From NCBI GenBank assembly GCA_045837725.1, contig JBEWZL010000266.1, positions 372,001 to 436,000 on the forward strand: DNA of 64,000 bases, written 5' to 3'. This document shows, in pieces, positions 53,911 through 64,000 of this stretch. The position numbers were made by a program, and so were the translations under genes. Each line of letters opens with the position of its first letter. Positions within the stretch are counted from its first letter, which is position 1. Source of the DNA: Vermamoeba vermiformis (taxonomy: Eukaryota). The notes under the pieces are model-generated. The model did not search any database and had not been told where the DNA came from. It worked only from the letters and a program-made list of their open reading frames with translations.

Positions 53911-54077
53911 TATAGTATTATCGGGTATTATATATAATATATAGATGTATATTAATAACTGGTAGTATTGTTATTTATGCTTTGTTGGATGTACAAACAA
54001 TTTTTGTAACGATTAATAACAACCTTATTTTTATTTTTACATGAATATGATACATGCATATGAACATATTATTAGCA

Positions 54078-55191
54078 CTAATTATTATCCTTTGTAATAT
54101 TAGTAGCATCAGTTTTGCTTTCTTTGACGGTCTTGCAGATCTCCTTGAAAAAATTCAATTTTTGTTCGTAGCTGTACAATTTAACTCGAGCTGATGTTGA
54201 AGGGACTACGAAGACCTTAATACTAGTCTTATCACTAAGTATAATAGGCTGAGGCTGCAATCCCAACTTATTGCAAGGACGACCAGTGGCGGATTCGTAA
54301 ATTCCCTTGCCGTTGAAACAAACTGCTTTTGGCTTGTATTTTTCTAATTTTTGCAGCAATTGTTGGTATCCTAAAAACAAACCTCAGTTAGATCGTAAAA
54401 ACAAAGCCAGATCCAGATTCGTACGCGGCAGATCTCGTTTCAAAAAATAGTGTTCGCGAGATTGTAGATAAATATAAATATACATAATGTATTCTTTATG
54501 TAAAATTAACTTGCCTTGTTTCCATTCGTCGTCTGAAAGTTCCGCCGTTGAGGATGTGGCACGTTGACACAAACAAGTCACGCCGAGTCCGTATTCATTT
54601 AACTTATGATCGTCCTTCGTTGTAAGCTTTACGGGCAATAGACCTAATGTTGAGATTATTACTCAAGCTTTTGTAAGGCAGCCGCGAAAGATCGATCTTT
54701 GGATGTAGGCTTGACCACAATGTTTAGCACTTACCTGAATCAAATAATAACGGCCAAAAGTGGTTTGTATCGTGGGCATACCAAGTTTGATTAGAGAAGC
54801 TCTTCAATCCTGGAAACAAAAAATTAGTTATTTGGATCAGCACCAATAATCATGATTACGGCTGATTTTATTTTAATAAATTAGTATTATTTATGTATAC
54901 GCGATATTTACCAGGATTGTCGCCAATAAGTATTAAATCCAGATTTTCCCGTAAATAATCAGGCAATCCGACTTTTGTCGCGGCATTTTGCTGATCCTTA
55001 TTGGCTGCGCCCGGCACAATAAATTTTGGCTTATTATTTGTAGCATTATTAGGCTTTGTTATGCCAGTGAACTTATTCGCAGCCAGATCTACTTTCGGTC
55101 GCTTATTCTGTTTCTCTTCATCTTGCTCGATTACTGCCTCGCTTGATCTTTTGCGTGAGGGAAAAAATGAACTGATTGGCTGCTGTTGCAT
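54078..55191 (-). CDS. TDG: G:T/U mismatch-specific DNA glycosylase (TDG/MUG family; 4 exons)
   Basis: LPDYLRENLDLILIGDNPG, YAHDTNHFWPLL, KAVCFNGKGIY, FVVPSTSAR. The N-terminal QQPISSFF resembles a PIP box. Confidence 0.88.
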
Positions 55192-55965
55192 GGTGCTGGA
55201 TTAACGAAAGTCTAAAAAAACGCGTAGCAAATTGCAATTTTTGACGTCGGCTTTGCTACGGCATTCCTGGAAACAGCGGTTAATCGCGGGTAGGCAGGGA
55301 TCATCACCAAAAGAAGGGACATTTCTGTGGCAGAAATCGATTTAATTTAAATTACGACAACCTTCCAATCATTCGCTTTCATTTCTTGTCTTTTGGCTGC
55401 GTCGAGCTCAGCTGGAATACTATTCGGATCGAACAAGAACGGTCGTTAAGTCTACTCCGCGGAGATTTCGTAATACGCTTCCGATGATGAGTAATATGAA
55501 CTTACAGGACATTTAGCCTATGCAGTCAGTGATTCAGTTAAGCCACTTTTTGCGCTCGTTAAACAATCCCTTCGTCATTCCCTTACGACTAGAATTATCA
55601 AACGAGTTCAAAATTAAAAAAGTCAATCTTTCAAAATCTTTACTGTCAATGTAATCATACCTCGCGTAATACGGTATTTTTGTAAATTTAGGGAAGAACC
55701 AATCTTTGCGTTGATTCCGGATCGGTAAAGATTTAAATTCAGAATTTCTTCTACCGTTATTATGCTCCTGTGTAAGTGTAAGAAATCAAAGAATCAAAAG
55801 TATTCAACGAATAACTAAGGGTCCGGAGTCTGAAATTTCCAAGGGTAATTAATTTTAACCTAAGAATAGAGCAGTTTAGTTTTTAACCGCCGGCAGAATC
55901 TTTTTCAATCATTATTCAAAAAAAAAAGAAAAGAAGACCACTTCTCCAAATTACATACTCAAATA

Positions 55966-56498
55966 ATGCAAGTTGTTCAAGTCACGACTCCAGGTTCTCC
56001 AACCCAAGGATCTGCTATGCTCGCACCGTTCTTTGGTCGCAAGGTTGCTATACGCAACCCCACTAACCGCCACTACTTTGTCGAGGATAACAATACTCTG
56101 CATGCACATCAGGAGGATCATGGCGCTAAAGGACATTTTGTTATTGTAATGTTGCCCAATGGTTTAATCCAGTTTCAAAGTAAGTTCATCGGCATAATTC
56201 CAGCTCGAACTTGATCTCTGTAACTCTGAACATAATCTATAAGTATATATTGACCATTTTCTATTTTAAAGCACACCATGGTCGATTCATCTCTATTGAT
56301 GCTCACGGTAAAGTCCATTCAAGTACGCACGCAACGCACGACGATAGTCATTTCTTCGTTGAGTGGCATAATGGTCGCTTTGCCTTCAGAAATGGGAGTC
56401 ATGGAAGACACTTGGGCATCACCCCGCATGGTCACTTGGAAGGACGACACTCCCTGTCTGACGATGAGATGTTTGAATTAATTCCTTTTGACTATTAG
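55966..56498 (+). CDS. Hisactophilin/fascin-like His-rich beta-trefoil protein (2 exons)
   Basis: Three trefoil-like repeats (KVAIRNPTNRHYF; IQFQTHHGRFISIDAHG; RFAFRNGSHGRHLGITPHG..EMFE), strongly His-rich. Confidence 0.7.
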
Positions 56499-57349
56499 TT
56501 ACCTAGTTTACTTATTTGTTGCCCTTCATTTAATAAACTCTCTGTGTAAAGTACCTATGCATGCCACTAGAGGAAATATATTTAAAGCCACTGTAAAGTG
56601 TTATAAAAAATAAACAAGGGGCGTAATAGCCAAATATTACTACTTCTATTAATAGAAGCTATGAATGCGAGTTCTATTTTTTTTAAATTAAACATTGCGG
56701 CGGCTCGACAGCGATACCCTCGTACGTAAACTTGAAATTGAAACGTCTTTCCACGCGATTTGAATTTCAGACTTTAATGAGCCAATTATACTATTTACCA
56801 TCGGTACTCGTTTCCAATATTGCACGCTCTCTGCTTACCGCACCTGCATCGCGTATACTAAAGCCCTGGATAAATTGGTTCGTTCGTAGATGTTGATCGT
56901 GTAGTCAGCGGATCAAAAGTGTCAAGAATCACCAAGTGAGTGTCAGTTGCGCGTAAGTGCTGGCATCTCCAGAGGCGGAATACACCGTTGGAGCTTCAGT
57001 GAAGTTTATACCTAAAATAAACGTTCGATCAGCCTTAAAATATTGACTATATAAATTTGAATATCGTAAGCGAATTAAATCGCGATAAACAGGATTGAAT
57101 TGCAAAAATTCAAATAAAGAATTTCCTTGCGTACACCATCCACTTAGAAAAGTTGAATAATTTATATATAAAAATTAAATTTATTAAAAATTATTGGAGC
57201 TTAATAATCAGATCTCGAACTACGAGTACAGCGATCCTGAGCATTAATGTTTGCTGCTCTCACGCTTATATTTCTTGCATCCATCGTGGGCAAAAAAAGA
57301 AATGAAATGCAATGTATTAGTGTTCGCTGGTGCTTTATCGCTTCGAAGT

Positions 57350-60300
57350 TCAAAAATTTTTGGCTTGCTCGATCTCCTGGACCAAGCGCCCCATTGAAGG
57401 TCGCATTTCAGGATTAACTTGCCAACACTCTTGCATCATAGAGGCTATTTTTTGAGGACATGAAGGAGGGATCGTTGGAACGAGGCCTTGATCTCTGATC
57501 TGTCGTGCAATGTCGATGGGATCTGCGGAATTGTGCGGCTCTTCCTGTGCCATAATCTCGTACATAAGAATACCAAATGACCACACGTCTATTTAAAATA
57601 AGATTAGAGCCCAAGCAAAATGACGATTTTGAGAGCAGATCCAGCGTCCAGTAACATACCTGATTTGTTCGAGTATTGTTTGTATTTTAGCGATTCGGGT
57701 GACATCCATCGGATTGGTCCAAGCTCTGATCGTGTTGTGCCTTTCTGATCTTCTTCGACAAACCGAGACATGCCAAAGTCAGTGAGCTTTGGTTCGTTCT
57801 GGTGCAACAAGACGTTTCGTGCAGCAACATCGCGGTGCACAATGTTGTTCGAATGCAAGTGATTGAGGCCCTGCGCAACTCCTGCAATCCACGACCACTT
57901 TTGTTGCGTTGTCAGCGGCTTCTGAGAGTCGTAAAGAGCGGCGTCTAGAGAACCACCATCACAGTATTCGATGATCAATATGACGCTGTTAGTCTCGGGG
58001 TGGATGCTAAAGCCGAACAATTGAATGACATTCGGATGAGGTCTCATGTTGATCATCACTTCGAGCTCGGAGATGACGCTGGAGTTCGCTTGAGTGGAGC
58101 TCACTTTCAACGCTACTTTCGTCTTCTTCCACGTGCCTTCAAACACTTGGCCGTTCGCGCCTTGGCCGAGTTGTATGCCAAACTGAATGTCAGAGAATGG
58201 CGTGAACCATTGTCCGTACCGCGATTCGAGCTCACTTGTTGTTGTCGTTTGTCTCTTCTTTTTCTTGTTTCTTCGTATCAGAAGTACCGCTAGGAGGACT
58301 CCTGCGATCACCACAGCTCCAACAGGGACGACCACTGCGATGATAATTGTGCTCGAGTTGTCCGCAACACTGTCAACAGTCGGCTCTTGCACCGTCAAAG
58401 GAGTTGAGGGCGGCGCAACAGGAGGAGCGACAGGGATTGTCAAATTAAGCACCAAAAACTGCACGGTGTCGGTGTAGTAATATCGCTCCCGATGAACTCC
58501 TCCAGCGATCATCAGCACTGTAGAAGAATTCTTGTCAGCGGGCAGTGTCTGAAGCACGGCGGGCAAGAAGCTGTTATCGAATGGCTCTGTTCCCCAACCC
58601 AAGTTGCTCGGATAAAAGTAGTTGATCTCGGATGTGCCGTTGCCAAAAGCCAGCAAAAAGTCGTCGTACATGACCAAAGAAAGAGCAGACTGTGCCACGG
58701 GGAACGATGAAGATTCAAAATGATCATCCTCGATGGTGTAGAATATAATTTGCTCGTAAATTCCAACTGTTGCCCTCGTAGCTAAAAAGAGCATCTTTGA
58801 CTGATATGGAACGATAAATCGTGTGATTGCAGTAGAACTGTCCGAAATTGGTGTGTCGTCAAATAGTGACTGCGTGACGCTGAGTGGCCATGACACAACG
58901 TTCATTCCAGGTCCTGCATATATGCAGTAGGCTTTGTCGTTGATCATCGGGATAGGAGCAAATGTCGGATTGTCTTGAAGGAGGTACGAAAATGCTGTAT
59001 CTTTTATAGTGCTCCAGCCCGTTTGATTGCCTTTGTGTATGACCGCTTGAGTTGGACTGAAAATCACCAAAGAGTCGTTAAATGCCACAGCCTGGTGATA
59101 TCCTTTGGCTGTTGGTGTTCCGCCAATTTTTATGCTCGGCTCCCATGTCTCTTCCACGTAGTTGTACACGTCAATGTACACGGAGTAATTCAAGAATGGC
59201 GGGGCAATGCCAGGGCCGAAAGCGGGTATCGCGAAAAATTTTGAGCCTTCTTGAACCCACAAAGAGGTCGGGGGCATCGGACTAAACGGCATTGTTGTTT
59301 CAGCGAAGGAGCTAACATCGATCTTGTTTCGGCTGAATATGTCGATGAGCTGTCCATTCACTAGAGCCATCGGAAGAAACGACGGGGAATGGGAATTAAC
59401 TACGTATGTGTCTGAATCCATTAAATCCATGTAATACGGACTGGCACCAGATATCAAACAAACGGTGTTATTGTTGATCGCGAAAAGGTACCGCGGCTGA
59501 GTGCTCGATACTGAAAACTGCGCGAACTGTCTGTTGCTTGCATCGTACTTGAATACAGATCCTCTTGGTGTAACGAATGCCATTACTGTTGCTGAGAGTT
59601 CGACGCTGTGTAGTATTGTTTCGGCTTGAAGTCCTTCTAGCAAGGCCTGTATCTCGACACTGGGCGTGGCGTTAGAATTGATAACAATGGTCCATGAGCC
59701 AGAGTTCTGATCGCGAGTAGAGTACAAGAACTGATCGGCAATAGCGAAGGCCAATGTCAACTCTGTAACGGGAGTCCAATTGTTCGACATTGTCGTCCAG
59801 TGTAGCGTCCAATAGCCGTCCGGCAAAAACACAATAGTGCTGTCGAAGTACGACACTGACGACACGAAGCCACTTGCATCACGATTGAGCCATTGCTTAT
59901 TCGGGATAGAATACACCACTACCATGTCGCTGTATTGAAACACCACCGCTTGATTGTTTGCATCGAGTGTTGACGAGAGGATTGCTTTCTCCGGTGCTTG
60001 GTTCGTGAACTCGACAGGGTCGCTTAAGGGCGCGTCAATCAACCACACACTGTTGCTCCAAACGTTGGTCTTCATGTCGTAGCCGCCGAATACAAACACG
60101 CAGTTTTGATGTGCAAAAGTTGTGGTACCATAAAGTGTCATCATTTTAGCGGTCAGTTTTGGATTGGTGGTCCAACTGCCAGTCTGCGTGTTGAAAAAAT
60201 CCACGGAGTAGGGTCCGACAACGGTCAATGTTGATCCATACAAAGCAAGTTTCGTTGGTGACCTAACTGTCGGTCCAGATGCGAAACTGGTGGTAAAGCT

Positions 60301-60663
60301 GTAGTCTGATTCTAACCGCCAAGGAGGATTGAGGTATTCATAACCACCTATGAAGTATATTCTAGGCTCAACTGCAACTGGTGTGATCATGCCGCGGGCT
60401 GATCCAAGAATAAGTTGGGTAATTGTATTGTTTGTCAAATCCAAAACGTCAACAATATTCGATGCAATGTAATCATGATAGCCAAAGCCTCCAGCAAAGT
60501 AGATTTTGTTGTCCACTTGAACGGATCCAAAGGACGTTCGAGGTGAAGAGAGTTGGATTGTGTGGTTCACAAAAACCGAACCAGATGCAAGACCCAATAA
60601 GGCAAAAATGAGCAAGTAAATAAGACTGCGATTTCCAGTGCGTACGAAGGTATTAAGCATCAT
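57350..60663 (-). CDS. Receptor tyrosine kinase-like protein with Kelch/beta-propeller ectodomain (2 exons)
   Basis: Signal peptide; Kelch motifs (KIYFAGG, RIYFIGG, VFVFGGY, LMIAGG); Pro-rich stalk; TM IIIAVVVPVGAVVIAGVLLAVLLI then RRNKKK; kinase GQGANG, VALK, HRDVAARN, DFGMSR, GPIRWMSPE, DVWSFG. Confidence 0.9.
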
Positions 60664-61384
60664 TGTTTGGCTCCTAAATAATAATGTGGGTTAATTTCTG
60701 AATCAAATCTGTTTTGAAATCGGGTAGCTGACCGTTGTAAGTTTATAACCAATCAAAATTAGCCGCATAGTATACTTACGATTAAAGAGGTCTTCTCAGA
60801 CTGAAAATTGGCCAAACTTATAATTTGGAAGCGTTGTCGTGGTTAATCCAAACGAGGTGCACGACGATCTGAAGTTCCAGTTCTCACCAAATATTTTTAC
60901 AGCATACTCGTGTGATGTTGTATGAAGGACAACATAAATTTGTAAAAGTCTGTGTAACTTACGTCTGATTGATTGACGGTCGTACACAGTTGGTTACATT
61001 CAATTGGGTAACACCAATGCTATCTCCAGCACTTAATTAATTGCCGCTTCCTGATAAGGGTCAATTATGGAAGGTCTTTCTTGCGAAGGGGTGAATATAA
61101 TACATCGATCCAGATGTGCATCTAATTTCCTATCTACTAAAATTAGCAAAATTAGTATTCGTAATTTCATATTAAAAATTCCACACATTAACTTACCATT
61201 ATCTCATCCTTCGTACGGTCCAGACATGTTGTAACTCTGGCAACACATTAGAGTACCGTTACTACCTTGCTAACTGCTTTACGAGCTATGTTCATTGTTA
61301 TTTTTAAGCTTTATAATTGAATGTTAGAAGATTAAACGAAGTCGTGTGCTTCTGTTGCTGGTTTCATTTAGAATTTAACTCACC

Positions 61385-62423
61385 ATGAACAGAGCAACAG
61401 CACTACTCACTACTGCGCTGCGAGTTACTTCTCGTACGTGCAGCAAGTCGCGGACATCACTATTTAAGACCGCAGCTCGATCTGCGCCAGTCAAAACGTG
61501 GATGCACAGCGCAAATCCGCTTTTGCAACAACGAGGCCTTGCCTATAGACCTAAAAACACTGCAAACCCACTTGAAATGATGCAGGAATATGAAGAAATT
61601 GTGAAAGAAGTTCAGGACGAAGAAATTGAATTGCCGGACAAACACGATCCGAAGCCTGAAGCGGTATGACAATATAACAACTAACATTAATTATTCGCCC
61701 ATTATGGCGTCTGTATTCGTGCAATTTTAATCCGCTTAGTTGACGTAGAAAGCGGGATCTTGTGTTTCGTTCTGAAAAATTATTATCTTGGGCCAACAAT
61801 TATTTCTAAAATTCTAATCTTGCTATCTTTAGCTTCTGCAACTCCCGCATGACACTATCTTCGCTAGGATTGTCGCGAAACAAATTCCTGCGACGATAAT
61901 TTTTGAAGACGAGAAAGTAATGTGTTTCCAAGACATAAATCCCATTGCTCCTCATCACTATTTAATTATTCCTAAGAAGCCTATTGCTGGTACGTGCCCG
62001 AACACAAATTATCCTGCATCTTGTCTCCTGTCTGACACGTAAATATTGCTACTTCAGGCATCGACCAAATGGAGCGAGGAGACTCCGAAATTGTAGGCCA
62101 CTGTTTATTTGTTGCTAAAAAGGTAACTACAGCCTTGATGGAATCTCGATCGTGTTTCGCCTTTGATCTATTTCCTCCTGCGTGCTGAAAGCGCTTCAAC
62201 GCACAATTTTTAATAACCATCGATTAAGAATATCAATACGCTATTTGTAGTACTTATGCGGCAGTTTCTAACTGGACTTTTTGCGCAGGTGGCAGCAGAT
62301 CTTGGCTTCGTCGAGACTGGTTATCGAATTGTAACGAATATTGGACGTGATGGGCAACAGAGCGTTCGATGGCTGCACTTCCATTTAATTGGCGGTCGTC
62401 GAATGAAATGGCCGCCTGGTTAA
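61385..62423 (+). CDS. HIT-family (HINT) nucleotide phosphoramidase with probable mitochondrial presequence (4 exons)
   Basis: [65 protein letters not shown], and an R/S/T-rich N-terminus. Confidence 0.9.
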
Positions 62424-62640
62424 ACCAAATCCGTGGATCCACGCATTTCACGTTTAGTCTTCCTTGTTAATAAATATCACTTGAACAAACATTAGTTGTG
62501 TACATAAACGGGCCCCACATAGTGTCCCGTTATTTCTTTGTTTTTTCTGACAGCCAAAACGTTTTAACTTTATCCAAATCGCCGCCTTAGCTCATTGCAC
62601 TTTCTCCCACGCCACAGTCCCATATATTGCGACTAGCATT

Positions 62641-64000
62641 ATGGACGAAAGATCGCAGGATGACATTAAGCGAGAGCTAGAGAAGCTCCAAGATTTGTTC
62701 AATTCAAATCTGATCTTAAAAGAAGAGTTTGACCAAAGAAGCACTGAATTATTGTCGACAAAAAGTGTAAGATATTTATAGTTATTATTAACGATACAAT
62801 CCATTCTCGGCTTGGTGTAATTTTAAATTTCCTGGTAAAATTGGCGCGGGTGTTAAAAATTATTAAAACGCTTCTATCGCATTTTAGGATGTGCACTTTT
62901 AATATTACTATTATTAATAATATTTTTTAATCGCTTTTTAGGTGCAAGATCCAAAGCCGGTTTTAGCAACCACCAGCCCCAGCCCGGCAAGTAAAACTAA
63001 GAAAAAGCTGCCTAAGGATCCCACTTGCAATGAGCCTGTATGCTAGCATAATGTTTGGTTTTTTGACAAGTACTTACCGTTGCGTGGCAGGCGGAAGTGC
63101 ACGAGGATTTCAGCTGCATGTTGAATCAATCGAACATTGGCTTGAACAACAACAAGTTCTTTGTGATTCAAGTGCTCACTGATGGCTCCAAATACTTTGA
63201 ATTCGCTCGGTGGGGTCGTGTCGGGGAAAGAGGCCAATCAAAATTGACACCGTTCACCGACCGTACTGCTGCTGAACAAGCTTTCAAAAGAAGGTACGTG
63301 CTGGAACTTTCACATAATTCATTATTTTTTAACTATCAGTGGCTAATATATTCGTATCAGATTCCGTGACAAAACTGGAAACGAATGGGACCAACGAAAG
63401 AACTTTTCTGCAAAACCTGGCAAATACACGCTGCTTGAAATCGATTACGAGGATAATTCGGTAACTAATGATAATAATTCGTTCCTATTATTTTCTTACT
63501 GACGCCCTTAAAAGTCTCAATTACCTGCTCCGATGAAAGTCGAGCCTTCATCAAATCTACCTGAAGTTGTTAGAGTCGCTCTGACAGAATTGAGTGATGT
63601 CAAATTATACGAGAAAAGTAAGGTTTAGCTCAACTTGACGGTTATTGATATTTTGTTGCAGTTTTGGAGTCACACGAGATCGACGTGCGTAAGATGCCTC
63701 CCTCTAGACTTAGCAAGAATGCCATCGAAACTGCCCGCGAAATTTTGATGCAACTAAATTCTGCAGATACCGATCAGCAACGCAGGGAACTTTGCAACAA
63801 ATATTACACAGTTATTCCGCACAATTTCGGATTCCAGCTCCCACCTCTTATCACCAACGTGTATCCTCACGTAGTTAAACTCGCTGTACTTGAAGATGTT
63901 ATGGAAGCTATGCGTGTGTTGGAAAGCGCACGTGACGAACCAAATATGAATCGCCTTGACGCCCTGCTAAAGAAACTTGACTGCGACTTGGTGCCCGAAG
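62641..64000 (+). CDS. PARP2/3-like poly(ADP-ribose) polymerase: SHOCT-like N-terminus, WGR, PARP regulatory domain (runs off the window)
   Basis: WGR: CMLNQSNIGLNNNKFFVIQ..RWGRVGERG..FRDKTGNEW..PGKYTLLEIDY. PARP-reg: KMPPSRLSKNAI..CNKYYTVIPHNFG. The catalytic domain is not in the window. Confidence 0.85.

Noticed and set aside
57687-60611. Overlapping or antisense ORFs within the kinase gene (likewise within ABCC, ankyrin and LRR genes)
   Set aside because: These are shadow ORFs of long coding exons with no independent motifs.

Overview
This is a compact, AT-rich, intron-dense eukaryotic window with spliceosomal GT-AG introns of about 45-500 nt, CTAAY-type branch sites and short intergenic spacers. 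The gene content points to a free-living amoebozoan-type protist: a hisactophilin-like protein, GCPW-type ankyrin repeats, a non-metazoan receptor tyrosine kinase and a Zn2Cys6 factor (inference, not proven). I spliced about 27 genes or gene fragments by eye. In order they are: tandem PA-domain 7TM receptor paralogs; a GPI-anchored beta-lactamase-family gene flanked by two truncated copies; a PPR-like protein; a divergent Sar1; a tyrosine-recombinase-like protein; serine racemase; a tandem winged-helix protein; DMC1; UPRT; an F-box/ankyrin protein; an ABCC transporter; a GH16 pseudogene; a Crinkler-like P-loop NTPase + PD-(D/E)xK gene; dymeclin; a polytopic membrane F-box protein; a Zn2Cys6 transcription factor; a GNAT; an F-box/LRR protein; a GPR107-like protein; a TPR-PH-PH protein; TDG/MUG; a hisactophilin-like protein; a Kelch receptor tyrosine kinase; a HINT; and a partial SHOCT-WGR-PARP. 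The most striking unexplained signal is a sharply bounded CpG desert over the NTPase-nuclease gene in an otherwise CpG-rich genome, consistent with locus-targeted cytosine methylation. CDS coordinates span start to stop including introns. All calls are motif-based; no database searches were run.
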